A stretch of 64,000 nt of DNA from an uncultured cyanobacterium (GCA_963718615.1 OY970368.1:2240001-2304000), one strand, 5' to 3'; shown: positions 18,089 through 30,255, counted from the first letter of the stretch. Numbers and translations are program-made. Notes: generated by a model not told the origin, from the letters alone.

Positions 18089-18536
18089 ACCTTTTTTGAT
18101 TCGTTATTGAATAGGTATAGAACCACCACAAATAACCTACAATTGCGACTTAAATTTAACGAAACTTTAACCAGTGAGCCTAAAAGATTAAATCTTTCGA
18201 GCAGTTCTCTTGCGTTCAACCCATTTGTCGATTTTATTGAATTTTACGATTTGGAGAAAAAATTAAGTAAAGAACATCAACTTTTGGGCAGCAGAAAAGG
18301 CGACATAAAAGGCAGTAGAGAAGGCGATCGCAACGGCTAAACCGACTCAGCTAAATCTACTAGATCGACTTCATGCTGTTCCGATGTCATTGGATCCTAA
18401 CTCCTATATCTGTCGGATTGACGTACCGAAAAAGAGCTGGGATATTGACCCTGGTCCCTGCACCTATGGATGTAACCCAATTGAGATCAGGGTCATCGCT
18501 AGAACATCACACAGCAAAGTAACAAAAGTCACTGCT

Positions 18537-20585
18537 ATGACACATAAACAACAAACCGGGTTCTCGATGGTGCTGTTTTGGGCAGTGCTAGCGGCACTTC
18601 CGGTCGCATCTATCACAAACGTACTGAATCAATCGGTCAGTGCTCAGGAGGCCAGTTTCTCGCTACCGACGCAAGTTGATAAAAATACCAAGATTCGGAT
18701 CGACGGTTCGGAAAGCATGTCGGTCATCAACGAATCCCTCAAGCAGCAGTTTGAGCAACAGTTCCCTGGGGCAAAGGTGGAGTTGAGCACCCTAGGAACG
18801 GATCAGGCACTGCAAAATTTGGAGGCCGGAAAAGCCGATGTGGCTTCATTGGGGCGTTTGTTGACCGATGCGGAAAAGTCCAACGGTTTGACGCCAGAAA
18901 TTCTCGATCGTGAAAAGATTGCCCTGGTGGTGGGCGCTGAGAACCCCTTTCAGGGAGATATTGGCTATGCGCAATTTGCCAAGATTTTTCGCGGTGAAAT
19001 CAGCGATTGGTCTGAGCTGGGCGGATCTGCGGGTCCGATTCGTTTGATCGATCGCCCCGAATCCAGCGATACCCGTCAAGCCTTTAGCACCTATCCGGTG
19101 TTTGTGGGTCAGCCCTTCACTTCAGGCGGCACGGCGGAAGTCCTCGGCCAGGATGACACCGCTGCCATGGTCAAACAGTTAGGCCAGGATGGTATTGGCT
19201 ATGCCCTCTACAGCCAGGTGAAGGATTTACCGGGGATCAAGATCCTCTCGATGCATAAGGTGACGCCGGACAATGCGGCCTATCCCTATTCTCAGCCTCG
19301 GGTCTTGGTCTACAAGGGTGAACCCAATGATGCGGTGAAATCCTTCCTCGGGTTTGCAGCGAATGATCCGGGACAAGCAGCGATTAATGCCGCTGAGTCC
19401 GCAGAATCCCAGGCGATCGCCTCTGGTAATTCCCCCACTGGTAAAGGCATTCTTCAGAAGTTTGCCGCCGGAGCCGCCGGGGCCGCTGGAGCCGTGGGTG
19501 GAGCCGCCAATCAAACGGTAGGAGCTGCTGGAGATGCTGCTAAGGGAGCCGTTGACGTTGCAGGGAATACGGCCAAAGGAGCCGTTGATGCGGCTGGCAA
19601 TGTCGTGGGAACCGCTGGTGATGCCGCCAAAGGTGCAGCAACCGGAACCGTCAATGTCGCCAAAGATGCAGCGGGAACCGTAGCGGGCGTTACCGCAGCG
19701 GGCGGTGAGCAGGTTGCCCAAGCGGTGGGTGGTGTCGCGACCGAAACAGGTCGAGGCCTATCTCGACTGTGGGGTTTATTGCCCTTGTTGGCCTTAGCTG
19801 CGGGGGGGGGGTTGCTCTGGTGGCTAGCGGCAGGTAAGGATGAGGATGAACCCCGTCGGGCTGGACGCCTGGAGACTGACCGCCTGAATGGTGATCGTCT
19901 AAATGGTGAGACTGAAGAGGCGCGGCGGGTGCGAATCAATGCTGGCGATCGCAACCTCGGTCAAACCCTCCATCAAACCGGAGACGGCATTCGTCGGACG
20001 GCGGGTGACTTAGGTACGGGAGCCGTTAATACCACCCGAGGCGCGATTGATGGCGTCCGTCAGGGGGTTTCGGGCTCTGTGGACGGAGTTCGTCAAGGGG
20101 TTTCAGGATCCGTCGATGGGCTCAGACAAGGCACTGGCACGGTGGTTGATGCCGGTGGCAAAACCCTCAACCGGGGAGCTGCTGCCGTTGGTGGAGCTGC
20201 TGCCGGAGCGGGAGGTCTATTCTCGGGCCTCTTTGGACGGGCAAAGCAGGCAACTGCCGGAACCGCAGAGGCTGTAACCGGTACAGCTCAGAACCTCGGC
20301 AACGCAGCCGGTAACATGGCCCGAGGCACGGCCAATGCCGCTGGTAATGTTGCCCAAGGAACCGCCAATGCCGCTGGCAATGCTTGGCAATCCACCCAAG
20401 AGGGCGTTTCCAACCTGGGGGATGGCGTGCAGCGGGGTGTTTCCGGTACGACCCAGGGAACCGCCGACACCTTGGAAAATCTGCAAGAAGGGGGTGGCAA
20501 CGCGGTCGATGGTTTGAAAAAGCGGCTTTCCGATGCCGGTGAAGCCCTGGGCGATCGCCTCTCGGATTCCTCGGATTACCAATAG
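18537..20585 (+). CDS. PstS-like periplasmic binding domain protein with TM helix and Ala/Gly-rich repetitive tail
   Basis: Signal peptide; IRIDGSESM...LIDRPESSDT...YPYSQP PBP domain; [23 protein letters not shown]. Likely start is 18537 (ORF track 18384). Confidence 0.8.
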   Translation: MTHKQQTGFSMVLFWAVLAALPVASITNVLNQSVSAQEASFSLPTQVDKNTKIRIDGSESMSVINESLKQQFEQQFPGAKVELSTLGTDQALQNLEAGKADVASLGRLLTDAEKSNGLTPEILDREKIALVVGAENPFQGDIGYAQFAKIFRGEISDWSELGGSAGPIRLIDRPESSDTRQAFSTYPVFVGQPFTSGGTAEVLGQDDTAAMVKQLGQDGIGYALYSQVKDLPGIKILSMHKVTPDNAAYPYSQPRVLVYKGEPNDAVKSFLGFAANDPGQAAINAAESAESQAIASGNSPTGKGILQKFAAGAAGAAGAVGGAANQTVGAAGDAAKGAVDVAGNTAKGAVDAAGNVVGTAGDAAKGAATGTVNVAKDAAGTVAGVTAAGGEQVAQAVGGVATETGRGLSRLWGLLPLLALAAGGGLLWWLAAGKDEDEPRRAGRLETDRLNGDRLNGETEEARRVRINAGDRNLGQTLHQTGDGIRRTAGDLGTGAVNTTRGAIDGVRQGVSGSVDGVRQGVSGSVDGLRQGTGTVVDAGGKTLNRGAAAVGGAAAGAGGLFSGLFGRAKQATAGTAEAVTGTAQNLGNAAGNMARGTANAAGNVAQGTANAAGNAWQSTQEGVSNLGDGVQRGVSGTTQGTADTLENLQEGGGNAVDGLKKRLSDAGEALGDRLSDSSDYQ

Positions 20586-20913
20586 AGTGCTAGAGCGCTG
20601 CCCAATCGACAGCGCTCCCCGGGACATACTTTAGCCATAGAGTCCGATCTGGAGACCCCACTTTTTAGGAAGTTGGGGTCTTCCTGCTTCTTCAAGCAGC
20701 ATTTCCTGAGTTACAAATTATGTTGCTGTTTGGAGCGGATCAAGACTGCTTGGGGGAAGGGCTGGAGGTTGATAAATTGAGAAATGAGGCGACAGATTGA
20801 CTCCTGCGGAAGGAGCTGAGATATTGAGCGTACCTGACTCAAAGAATCAGGGTGAAATCAGGGAGCTTGCTACCCTTTTGTTTTTGTTTCAAAAGTTTAA
20901 GAAAAGACTTGAC

Positions 20914-23900
20914 ATGGCACTCAAAAAAAGCTTCGCATTCCCCACAATGGTGCTCTGGGCGACCTTGGCTGCCCTCCCGCTAGGTGTTGCGATTTCTGCG
21001 GTTGAAGGTGCAAAGCTTGAAACACTAGCACAGGAAGCAGCACCTGCAACAGCACCTACAACAACGCCTCAGTTTGCACTGCCTCAAACCGTGCCTCAAG
21101 ATGCGGCGATCGCCATCGAAGGATCCGAAAGTATGCGGATGGTAAGCCAATCTTTAAAGCAGGGGTATGAGCAACAGTTTCCAGGGGCAAAAGTTACTTT
21201 ATCCACTGAGGCGACCGAGACTGCTATTAATAATGTCCTTGGAGATCAGGCAAAACTGGCCTCGATTGGGCGCTCCCTCAGTGATGCTGAAACAGCGAAG
21301 GGTTTAACGCCAGTGGTGCTCGATCGCGAGAAGATTGCCATTGTGGTGAGTGAGGCCAATCCCTTTGCAGGGGACATTGGCTATGTCCAATTTGCCAAGA
21401 TTTTTCGCGGTGAAATTGCTGATTGGTCTGAGCTGGGTGGACCGGCAGGAAAGATTCGCTTGATTGACCGTCCGGTAAGTAGTGATACTCGCCAGTCCCT
21501 GAGTACCTATCCTGTGTTTCAATCCGCCCCTTTTCAGACCGGGGCCAACGCTGAAGCTTTGTCCGCAGACGATACAGCGGCGATGGTGAAGCAGTTGGGG
21601 AAGGATGGGGTGGGATATGCCATCTACAGCCAAGTGAAGGATTTGCCGGGAATCAAAGTGATTCCTATGCATAAGGTCCTGCCGGATAATGCGGCTTATC
21701 CCTATTCTCAGCCTCGGGTTTTGGTTTATAAGGGAGAGCAGCCCGATGAGACCGTGCGAGCTTTTCTGGGCTATGCAACCAACGCGCCGGGACAAGCCGC
21801 GATCGCCGCTGCCAATGCCGCCGAAGGGGCAGCGGTGGCTGCCGGTGAAAATCCCACGGATGAGGCCGTCGTCAGCCGTTTAATCGGGGAAGCGACACCT
21901 GCGGCAACGGCAACGGCAACGCCCACTGGAACTGCCGGTGCGACTGCTGGTGCAACTTCGAGTCCTAGCGCGACGCCAGAGGCAACCTCGGAAGCCGCAT
22001 CTCCCCTCTCTTCCAATGCCAATCCAGAGGCTGGTGCAACCCCGACAGGCACGCCAGCCATTGGTTCAACCATTTCTGCTCCTGAGGGTGATGTGCAAGC
22101 GCGCTTACCCGGCAATTCGGCAACTGGGGAAGTGGGGGGTGGGTTATCGCCCGCTTGGGGACTGTTGCCGCTTTTGGCGTTGGCGGCGGGGGGCGGTCTG
22201 CTCTGGTGGTTGGCTGCCGGGAAGCGCGATGACGATGATGATGACTTCGATCAAGCCGTGGCTGGTGCAGCTCCAGGGGTGCCGGATCCCGCTCGTGCTG
22301 ATGTTGTGCGAGCAACGGGTGACCTAGCGGATGCGGTGAATCTTAAGGCTGAGGAGGGGGCGATCGCAACTCCTGCAACTCCCACAATGCCGGCAGCCCG
22401 ACCGACCTCTGCAACGCCCTATCCCAGTCTGGATAATGTCGTTTCGCCCGAGACGGTCTTTGATACGTCAGCCACTGCGACGCTCGGGTCCACACCGGAG
22501 ATCGCAGCCGAAGGGGGGTCCCTCTCGTTTTCCGATGGAACGCGCCCGAGTCTCGATGTGAGTCCTGAAGTTGGAGCGGCTGGCGGTGCGACGCTGGGGA
22601 ATGTGGGATTAGGGGCGCTTGCGGCGGGAGGGGCGGCGATCGCCGGAGGTGCAGCCCTAGCCAGTGGTGGCCCAGCGGATGCAGCCACACCAGAATTTAC
22701 TCCTGAGGCTGAGGTGCCCCATTCGGAGACTGGAACAGAACTGCCTGGAGCGGAACTACCAGAGCTGGCCGAAGTCGCTGGAGTCAGTAATACGTCGTCG
22801 ATTGAGTCGATTCTTCAGGAAAACCGGCTGTTTTATCCCTCAGAAGGGTTTTCCCGTCAGGCCCAGGTCAAGAGTCTGGATGATTATCATCGGCTCTATG
22901 TGCAGGCCAAGGCCGATCCCGAGGCCTTTTGGGCTGATCTGGCACGGCAAGAGCTGCACTGGTTTCAGCCTTGGGACAAAACGCTGGAATGGAACCCCCC
23001 GGAAGCCAAGTGGTTTAGCGGCGGCAAACTTAATATTACGTACAACTGTTTAGACCGTCACCTCGAAACCGATCGCCGCAATAAGCCCGCTATTATTTGG
23101 GAAGGTGAACCGGGGGATTCTCGGGTGTTGACCTACGCCCAACTCCATCGCGAGGTTTGTTTGTTCGCCAACTCCCTCAAAAAGCTGGGGATTGGCAAAG
23201 GGGATGTCGTGGGAATTTACATGCCGATGATTCCCGAGGCGGCGATCGCCATGCTGGCCTGTGCGCGGATTGGTGCGCCCCACAGCGTTGTCTTTGGGGG
23301 GTTTAGTGCGGAGGCTTTGCGCGATCGCCTCAATGATGGCCAAGCAAAACTGGTGATCACAGCGGATGGGGGCTGGCGCAAGGATGCGGCGGTGCCGTTG
23401 AAGGATCAGGTGGACTTGGCGATCGCCGACGGACAGGCTCCGACCGTGGAGAACGTGTTGGTGGTTCAGCGCACCCGTCAGGATATCCATATGGAGTCGG
23501 GGCGGGACCATTGGTGGCATGACCTGCGACAGTCGGTGCCCCCGAGCTGTCCAGCGGAACCCATGGACAGCGAAGATGTGCTGTTTATCCTCTATACCAG
23601 TGGTAGTACCGGAAAACCGAAGGGGGTTGTTCATACAACGGGTGGCTACAACCTCTACACCCACATGACAACAAAGTGGATCTTTGACCTGCAAGAGGAC
23701 GATATCTACTGGTGTACGGCGGATGTGGGCTGGATTACGGGCCATAGCTATATTGTCTACGGACCGCTGTCCAACGGGGCTTCAACGCTGATGTATGAAG
23801 GCGCGCCGCGCAAGTCCAATCCTGGCTGCTTTTGGGATGTGATCGAAAAGTATAAGGTTTCGATTTTCTACACCGCACCCACGGCGATTCGAGCCTTTAT

Positions 23901-24747
23901 CAAGATGGGTGAAGATTTGCCGAAGGCTCGGGATTTGTCGTCTCTGCGGCTCTTGGGTACGGTCGGGGAACCCATTAACCCGGAAGCCTGGATGTGGTAT
24001 CACCGGGTGATTGGCGGGGAGCGCTGTCCGATCGTGGATACCTGGTGGCAGACGGAAACTGGCGGAATCATGATTTCGGCGTTGCCGGGAGCGATTCCGA
24101 CCAAGCCGGGATCTGCAACCAAGCCGTTCCCCGGCATCATGGCGGACGTGGTTGATATGGACGGCAATCCTGTACCGAAGGGGGAAGGGGGCTATTTAAT
24201 CATCCGGCATCCCTGGCCGAGCATGATGCGAACCGTCTATGGTGATCCTGAGCGCTTCCGCAGAACCTATTGGGAGCAGATTCCGGGGCAGTCCGTTTAC
24301 TTTGCGGGGGATGGCGCGCGGATTGATGAGGATGGCTATTTCTGGATCATGGGTCGTGTGGATGATGTGATCAGCGTCTCGGGGCATCGATTGGGCACGA
24401 TGGAAATTGAGTCGGCGCTGGTGTCTCACCCAGCGGTGGCTGAGGCCGCCGTCGTTGGTCGTCCCGATGAGATTAAGGGCGAAGAAATCGTGGCGTTTGT
24501 CACCCTAGAAGGGGATCAGAAAGAGTCAGAAACCCTGCTGCAAGGGCTCAAGGACCATGTGGTTCAGGAGATTGGAGCCTTAGCGCGTCCGGCGGAAATT
24601 CGGTTCACGGATGCCTTGCCGAAGACGCGATCGGGCAAGATTATGCGACGCCTGTTGCGCAAGATCGCATCAGGGGACGAGATCTCAGGGGATACGTCAA
24701 CCCTAGAAGATCGTTCGGTGCTGGATAAGCTGCGTAGTGGTGAATAA
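20914..24747 (+). CDS. acs: Fusion protein: PstS-like binding domain, TM helix, low-complexity linker, acetate--CoA ligase
   Basis: The PBP domain is paralogous to the upstream gene. The Acs region runs from SIESILQE (~22798) and includes [20 protein letters not shown] and [11 protein letters not shown]. One continuous ORF. Confidence 0.88.
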   Translation: MALKKSFAFPTMVLWATLAALPLGVAISAVEGAKLETLAQEAAPATAPTTTPQFALPQTVPQDAAIAIEGSESMRMVSQSLKQGYEQQFPGAKVTLSTEATETAINNVLGDQAKLASIGRSLSDAETAKGLTPVVLDREKIAIVVSEANPFAGDIGYVQFAKIFRGEIADWSELGGPAGKIRLIDRPVSSDTRQSLSTYPVFQSAPFQTGANAEALSADDTAAMVKQLGKDGVGYAIYSQVKDLPGIKVIPMHKVLPDNAAYPYSQPRVLVYKGEQPDETVRAFLGYATNAPGQAAIAAANAAEGAAVAAGENPTDEAVVSRLIGEATPAATATATPTGTAGATAGATSSPSATPEATSEAASPLSSNANPEAGATPTGTPAIGSTISAPEGDVQARLPGNSATGEVGGGLSPAWGLLPLLALAAGGGLLWWLAAGKRDDDDDDFDQAVAGAAPGVPDPARADVVRATGDLADAVNLKAEEGAIATPATPTMPAARPTSATPYPSLDNVVSPETVFDTSATATLGSTPEIAAEGGSLSFSDGTRPSLDVSPEVGAAGGATLGNVGLGALAAGGAAIAGGAALASGGPADAATPEFTPEAEVPHSETGTELPGAELPELAEVAGVSNTSSIESILQENRLFYPSEGFSRQAQVKSLDDYHRLYVQAKADPEAFWADLARQELHWFQPWDKTLEWNPPEAKWFSGGKLNITYNCLDRHLETDRRNKPAIIWEGEPGDSRVLTYAQLHREVCLFANSLKKLGIGKGDVVGIYMPMIPEAAIAMLACARIGAPHSVVFGGFSAEALRDRLNDGQAKLVITADGGWRKDAAVPLKDQVDLAIADGQAPTVENVLVVQRTRQDIHMESGRDHWWHDLRQSVPPSCPAEPMDSEDVLFILYTSGSTGKPKGVVHTTGGYNLYTHMTTKWIFDLQEDDIYWCTADVGWITGHSYIVYGPLSNGASTLMYEGAPRKSNPGCFWDVIEKYKVSIFYTAPTAIRAFIKMGEDLPKARDLSSLRLLGTVGEPINPEAWMWYHRVIGGERCPIVDTWWQTETGGIMISALPGAIPTKPGSATKPFPGIMADVVDMDGNPVPKGEGGYLIIRHPWPSMMRTVYGDPERFRRTYWEQIPGQSVYFAGDGARIDEDGYFWIMGRVDDVISVSGHRLGTMEIESALVSHPAVAEAAVVGRPDEIKGEEIVAFVTLEGDQKESETLLQGLKDHVVQEIGALARPAEIRFTDALPKTRSGKIMRRLLRKIASGDEISGDTSTLEDRSVLDKLRSGE

Positions 24748-24793
24748 AGCCTGGTGAATAAAGCCTGGTGAATAAAGCCTGGTGAATAAATCC
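24738..24793. repeat. 14-bp tandem repeat TGGTGAATAAAGCC x4 spanning the acs stop codon
   Basis: Directly visible; the last copy has one mismatch. Confidence 0.9.
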
Positions 24794-24935
24794 TGAGGTT
24801 AGCTTGCGTTTTGGCGCGATGCTTGAAAGGGGCGATTGCGGAGAAGAGCTGCTTGAGACTGTTACCTGCGATCGCCCCTTTATCTCGTTGTTTCAATCTT
24901 TATATGACCTTAGGATTATGACCTTAGGATCGCAC

Positions 24936-25232
24936 ATGACACCAGACTCTCAGTCCAGAGCTGTACAGCTTATCCGCTTTGAAGAGACCTCCGTTGCGGT
25001 GCTGGAACATCGGGGTAATCCCAATCTTATCGGTGACTCTGTTCGCAGGTTTATTGAATGGCGCAAACAGAATCATTTGTCACCCAAAATCAGCGCGACG
25101 TTCAATATTCTCTACGGCCATCCATCTGAAACGCCTCCAGAGAACTATCGTCTAGATATCTGTGCCTCGACGGAACAGGAGGTCGCTGAAAACTCCTACG
25201 GGGTGAGCCAAAAAGTCATTCCCGGTGGCCGA
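24936..25232 (+). pseudogene. Truncated GyrI-like (AraC effector-binding) domain gene
   Basis: VAVLEHRG.P..IGDSVRRFIEWRKQN...YRLDICA...IPGGR, after which the frame runs antisense into the carbonic anhydrase 3' end. Confidence 0.6.
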
Positions 25233-25258
25233 ATTTTTCTGCCCCTTCAGGAGGTAGA

Positions 25259-25954
25259 TTACTCGACCAGGCTGTTGCAACAGCAGTTTTCATCCTGCAA
25301 TGCGGTTGATGCCAGGAGGGGAGTAGGCAGTGGACAACTTGGATAATAATGCCAACACTCCGTTGAAATCTCTAACTCTTTGATCAACCCCGAATGTAAA
25401 TTGAGCACCCAACCATGGACTTCCGGTGCACGGTTGTCGCGCAAGGCATTCCGCATCGTCGATGTTTGAAAAAGATTTCGAATCTGAATTTTGACATTTA
25501 ATTCAGCTAAGAAGTTTAGCTTGGCCTCTCGGCTCGGAAGCTGATCAATTTCCTCGCGACTTTGTAGATACAATTTACGAATCGGGTTAACCCAACTGTC
25601 CACCAATCCCCCTGACGTTCCTTCGATCGCAGCCTGAATTCCGCCACATCCATAATGGCCACATACAATCACATGCTGAACATGCAAATGCTCGATCGCA
25701 TACTCCAGTACCGATAAAAAATTAATATCTGTGAGACAGACCTGATTCGCAATGTTTCGATGGACAAACACCTCTCCTGGCTCCGTTTGCATAAACCGAG
25801 TGAGCGGCAAACGGCTATCGGAACAACCAATATAGAGATAAGGTGGTTTTTGCCCAGCGGCTAACGTTTCAAAGTAGTTGGGAATCGTCTGTTGCTGCTG
25901 AGCCGCCCATAGCTGGTTGTTGTGTAGGAGCTCCTCAATCCGTCGATACGTCAT
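25259..25954 (-). CDS. can: Beta-class carbonic anhydrase
   Basis: Zn-ligand motifs IGCSDSR and CGHYGCGG, plus HRNIAN. Confidence 0.9.
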   Translation of the reverse strand: MTYRRIEELLHNNQLWAAQQQQTIPNYFETLAAGQKPPYLYIGCSDSRLPLTRFMQTEPGEVFVHRNIANQVCLTDINFLSVLEYAIEHLHVQHVIVCGHYGCGGIQAAIEGTSGGLVDSWVNPIRKLYLQSREEIDQLPSREAKLNFLAELNVKIQIRNLFQTSTMRNALRDNRAPEVHGWVLNLHSGLIKELEISTECWHYYPSCPLPTPLLASTALQDENCCCNSLVE

Positions 25955-26203
25955 TGCCTTAGTCTTTCTATAAGAAAATTTATGCTATCTATTGATCAAT
26001 CTCTATAGCTTCGCACAAATGAATCTCTGTGCCAGATCCATGTAATGCTTTGTAATTCATTCTAGAGTTTTCGCTCTCGCTGTCCTAGGTTTTGCCGCAG
26101 CCTGTCTTTGGGGTGTATTGCGATCGCCAAAGCCTGTCAGCCTTGTAACGTCGATCGTCCCGTAAACTATGGAGATGATTTCCTCTCTCTTCCCCTCTAT
26201 CCT

Positions 26204-26845
26204 ATGACTGCTGCACCCCCTGGGCCACCCGATCGTCCTGTTCCCCCCTGGATTTGTGGGTTGTTTCGGGGTTTGGCTTGGGTCGATCGCCTGACGGATT
26301 GGGTGGGTAAAAGTCTCAATGTTTTGGTTTTGCTAACCATTGCAGTGGGCTTTTACAATGTTGCCGCCCGTTACATCGGTCGTTTTATCGGTTTACAGCT
26401 CGCTTCCAATGTTTGGCTAGAGTTGCAGTGGTATCTCTTTTCCATGACCTTTTTTCTCGGATTTTCCTATATCCTCAAGCACAATGCCAACGTTCGTGTT
26501 GACTTTCTTTATAGCAACTGGCGCGATCGCCGCAAAGCTTGGATTGACCTTCTGGGAACCGTTTTCTTTCTCATTCCTTTCTGCATTATGGGCCTTTGGG
26601 TGACCTTGAATCCCGTATTGCAATCTTGGGGACTGCAGCCTGATGGAAGTTGGGGAACCTGGGAGATTTCCGCCGATGCTAATGGCCTGCCCCGTGCGCC
26701 AATTAAATCCTTTGTTTTGATTTCCTTTGGACTCTTGCTCCTGCAAGCGATCGCCCAAGCCACAAAATTTTTTGCGATCGCCAAAGGTTACCGTCCTATT
26801 CCTCCTGAACTACTACCCGAAACTGAACATCCTCCCCTCGAATAA
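26204..26845 (+). CDS. TRAP transporter small permease (DctQ family)
   Basis: ELQWYLFS...NVRVD motif and 4 hydrophobic segments; likely start 26204. Confidence 0.9.
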   Translation: MTAAPPGPPDRPVPPWICGLFRGLAWVDRLTDWVGKSLNVLVLLTIAVGFYNVAARYIGRFIGLQLASNVWLELQWYLFSMTFFLGFSYILKHNANVRVDFLYSNWRDRRKAWIDLLGTVFFLIPFCIMGLWVTLNPVLQSWGLQPDGSWGTWEISADANGLPRAPIKSFVLISFGLLLLQAIAQATKFFAIAKGYRPIPPELLPETEHPPLE

Positions 26846-26865
26846 CCCTTAATCTATCCCTCTAT

Positions 26866-26921
26866 TTCCTACTTCCTACTTCCTACTTCCTACTTCCTAC
26901 TTCCTACTTCCTACTTCCTCC
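26866..26921. repeat. Heptamer tandem repeat (TTCCTAC)7 plus one degenerate copy, STRR-like
   Basis: Directly visible between the two TRAP permease genes. Confidence 0.9.
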
Positions 26922-26952
26922 TTCCCCATCTACTCACCCCTAGGAGTCCTTC

Positions 26953-28290
26953 ATGGGATTTGAATGGTTAGCGATCGCCATGTTCGTCGGATTTTTCGTC
27001 ATTTTGATGACCGGTTATCCAGTGGCATTTTCCTTCGCTGGGTCTGCGATTATCTTTGGTGCCCTTGGCTTGGCGGTTGGAGCCTTTGATCTGAATCGAT
27101 TACTCGCCTTACCAAATGTTTGGTTTGGTACGATGTCCAATTCCACCCTATTGGCCATTCCCTTCTTTGTTTTTTTGGGTGCGGTTTTTGAAAAATCAGG
27201 TCTTGCGGAAGAACTCCTAGAAACCATCGGGATTGTGATGGGGCGACTGCGGGGAGGCTTGGCCTTGGCGGTGGTGGTAGTGGGAACGCTGCTGGCGGCA
27301 ACAACGGGAGTCGTTGCGGCAACGATTATCATGATGGGTATGATCTCGCTGCCGGTGATGTTGCGCTATGGCTATAGCAAGCCCCTAGCCTCAGGGGTCA
27401 TCATTGCTTCGGGAACGTTGGCGCAACTCATTCCGCCGAGTTTGGTTTTGGTTTTGTTAAGCGATCAGATTGGGGTGTCGGTGGGGGATTTGTTTCTGGG
27501 GGCGTTGATTCCCGGTTTGATTTTGGCTGGGGTCTATGGGGTGTATGTGTTGGCGATCGCCTTCTTCCAGCCCGAAACTGCACCGCCACTCCCCGCAGAA
27601 GCCCGCAATCTTTCACCCAAAACGCTGCTTTTACAGGTCGTAAAAGCCGTTCTCCCTCCCCTCTTTTTAATTTTGGCGGTCCTGGGCAGCATCTTTTTTG
27701 GCATTGCTACGCCGACGGAAGCGGGAGCCGTGGGCGCTGTAGGAGCCTGTGTCTTAGCTGCGTTTAATCGGCGACTTAATCGAGATCTGTTGCGGGATGC
27801 GGCCCATGATACGGCGGTTCTGACGACGTTGGTGGTGATGATTCTCTTTTGTTCCTCGTTGTTTAGCTTGGTGTTTGATGCTCTGGGTGGAAAAACCTTT
27901 CTGACGGAGTTTTTGGCAAATTTACCTGGGGGAAAATGGGGCTTTTTAGTGGTTAGTAATATAGTCGTATTTTTCCTCGGAATGTTTCTGGAATTTATTG
28001 AGATTTGCTTTATTGCGCTGCCACTTTTTGTACCGGCGGCCCAGCAGCTTGGGATTGATATGGTCTGGTTCGCAGTGGTGATGGCGATTAATTTACAAAT
28101 TGCCTTTATCTCACCTCCGGTTGGGTTTTCGCTGTTTTATTTACAGAGCGTTGCGCCGCCGGACTTAAAGACCAGCGATATTCACCGCAGTGCTTTTCCC
28201 TTTATGGCGCTTCAGCTCATCGTCTTGATTTTGGTCTTGTTATTTCCCCAGACAGTGCGGTGGCTGGTGGATTTGTCGGTGGCAACTTAG
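26953..28290 (+). CDS. TRAP transporter large permease (DctM family)
   Basis: [25 protein letters not shown] and SPPVG motifs. Confidence 0.93.
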   Translation: MGFEWLAIAMFVGFFVILMTGYPVAFSFAGSAIIFGALGLAVGAFDLNRLLALPNVWFGTMSNSTLLAIPFFVFLGAVFEKSGLAEELLETIGIVMGRLRGGLALAVVVVGTLLAATTGVVAATIIMMGMISLPVMLRYGYSKPLASGVIIASGTLAQLIPPSLVLVLLSDQIGVSVGDLFLGALIPGLILAGVYGVYVLAIAFFQPETAPPLPAEARNLSPKTLLLQVVKAVLPPLFLILAVLGSIFFGIATPTEAGAVGAVGACVLAAFNRRLNRDLLRDAAHDTAVLTTLVVMILFCSSLFSLVFDALGGKTFLTEFLANLPGGKWGFLVVSNIVVFFLGMFLEFIEICFIALPLFVPAAQQLGIDMVWFAVVMAINLQIAFISPPVGFSLFYLQSVAPPDLKTSDIHRSAFPFMALQLIVLILVLLFPQTVRWLVDLSVAT

Positions 28291-28296
28291 GTCTAT

Positions 28297-29430
28297 CTAC
28301 TGCAATTGACCATAGACATAGTTGGTGTAACTGGCTTCGTTGAGTTTATTCCAGGCGAAAATGCGATTGCGAAACACCTTCCAATCCTCATAAATTGCCT
28401 TGAAATCCGCATCCTTCGCCGCGAACTCATCGTATAGCTCGAACGAAGCCTTCTCCGCCGCTGCCATAATCTCAGGACTATAGGCCCGTAACTCAGCACC
28501 CGCATCCTTGAGTCGCTGCAAAGCCTCGTTATTACGGGCATCGTATCGGGCCAACATCGTCAGGTTAGATTCATAGGACGCCGCCCGAATAATCTCTTGA
28601 TATTGAGCGGGTAACTTATTCCATTCATTCAAGTTGATCTGCAACTCCAGCGTCGGACCTGGCTCCCACCATCCGGGATAGTAATAATATTGGGCAACCT
28701 TATTGAGGCCCAGCTTTTCATCATCATAGGGACCAACCCATTCTGCCGCATCGATCGCCCCTGTTTGCAACGCCTGGAAAATCTCTCCCCCCGGCAACAC
28801 CTGTACCGTCACCCCCAGCTTGGCCATGACCTGTCCGCCCAGACCCGGAATTCGCATTTTGAGCCCTTGCAGATCGGCAACGGTATTGATCTCTTTACGA
28901 AACCAACCCCCCATTTGTACACCGGTATTGCCGCAGGGAAATTGAATCACATTAAATTTCTTGGCATAGAGGTCTTGTAGGACTTTCAGGCCACCGCCAT
29001 CGTAGAGCCAAGCATTTTGCTGCTGAGCGTTGAGTCCGAAGGGAACAGTCGTGCCAAAGGCGACGGCTGGACTCTTGCCAATGTAGTAATAAGCCGCAGA
29101 ATGGCCGCAGGGGACAGCTCCTTGGGAAACGACATTCAAAACTTCTGTTCCCGGTGCAATTTCACCGGCAGCACGGGGCTCAATTTTGAACTTGCCGCCA
29201 GTCATAGCCGCCACCCGCTCCGCAAAAACGGTTGCGCCACCATAAATCGTGTCGAGGGAGAGGGGCCAACTGGTGGCCATTTGCCAACGTAGTTCGGGCA
29301 GATTGTTTTGGGCGATCGCCCCGCTGCCAGACTCTTTCTGAACAGCACGGGTGCAGCCTGCTATCGCTTCTACCGCCGTCGCACCAATTGCGCCTTGGCC
29401 CAGATTCTTCAGAAGTTTTCGACGGTCCAT
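28297..29430 (-). CDS. TRAP transporter substrate-binding protein (DctP/TakP family, Tat signal)
   Basis: MDRRKLL Tat-type signal; [21 protein letters not shown] and [10 protein letters not shown] motifs. Confidence 0.92.
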   Translation of the reverse strand: MDRRKLLKNLGQGAIGATAVEAIAGCTRAVQKESGSGAIAQNNLPELRWQMATSWPLSLDTIYGGATVFAERVAAMTGGKFKIEPRAAGEIAPGTEVLNVVSQGAVPCGHSAAYYYIGKSPAVAFGTTVPFGLNAQQQNAWLYDGGGLKVLQDLYAKKFNVIQFPCGNTGVQMGGWFRKEINTVADLQGLKMRIPGLGGQVMAKLGVTVQVLPGGEIFQALQTGAIDAAEWVGPYDDEKLGLNKVAQYYYYPGWWEPGPTLELQINLNEWNKLPAQYQEIIRAASYESNLTMLARYDARNNEALQRLKDAGAELRAYSPEIMAAAEKASFELYDEFAAKDADFKAIYEDWKVFRNRIFAWNKLNEASYTNYVYGQLQ

Positions 29431-29525
29431 AAACAGTAGGCAATGAGGTATAGGTTTGCCTATTGTCCTTAGGAGTTGTGATCTTGTTAAGCCTGCTTAA
29501 TGTTTTGGAACATGCCAGGGGCACT

Positions 29526-29882
29526 TTACTTCAGTTCCTGTACAACTGGCATTTCTGGGGTGGAGCGATAGATGACTTGAACAGGAGGATCCTGATAAAA
29601 AATCAAAGAGGCTAGGGCAAAGCCAATGCCCATAGAGAATAGAACAGTGGCGGTTTGGTTGGAATTGCGATTCATGGGACTAGCTGAGGGCTGGATAGCT
29701 TGTTCTATCGGGACTTGACGTCCCGTAATTCGGTTGTAGGCGATGGGCAAAGCTTCTGCTTCGTCGGTCCATGGTTCTGGGTCTGGGCGAACTCGGTTTT
29801 TTTCTACGGACTGGACTGGCGTCGTTACGGATTGTGAACGAACCTGGCCGAGATAGTGTAAAGCACTGTTGAGGGAACTCAT
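29526..29882 (-). CDS. Hypothetical membrane-anchored protein
   Basis: ORF 29526..29903 with likely ATG at 29882 and one hydrophobic segment near the C-terminus. Confidence 0.45.
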   Translation of the reverse strand: MSSLNSALHYLGQVRSQSVTTPVQSVEKNRVRPDPEPWTDEAEALPIAYNRITGRQVPIEQAIQPSASPMNRNSNQTATVLFSMGIGFALASLIFYQDPPVQVIYRSTPEMPVVQELK

Positions 29883-30255
29883 GGGAAAATCGGAGATTAG
29901 CAACTGGTTGGACTATCCCAATGCTAGAAATGCCGGGAAATGGGTGTAGGCGCAATTTATCGTGGTTTGACGGCCCTAGACGTCCTTCTTGGAGCAGAAC
30001 TCATCCTTAGACCGTGGTGCGGGCTCTCTATCGGCTGGTATAGACCGGTGGCCCGGATGATAGATTCGGTCGACTGGTTACCAAAATCGCAACCTCCCCA
30101 GTCGCCCCTTGGAATCATGTCATCGTAAAGGCAATGATCCCTTGCCATTGATCCCTTGCCATTGACCGGAATTTATTGACCGGAATTTTAGGTTTCGCCG
30201 TCGAAGAAAAAAGGAACCCCTGCGTTCTCCCAGCGTCTTTCCCTGTAAAACCTCT

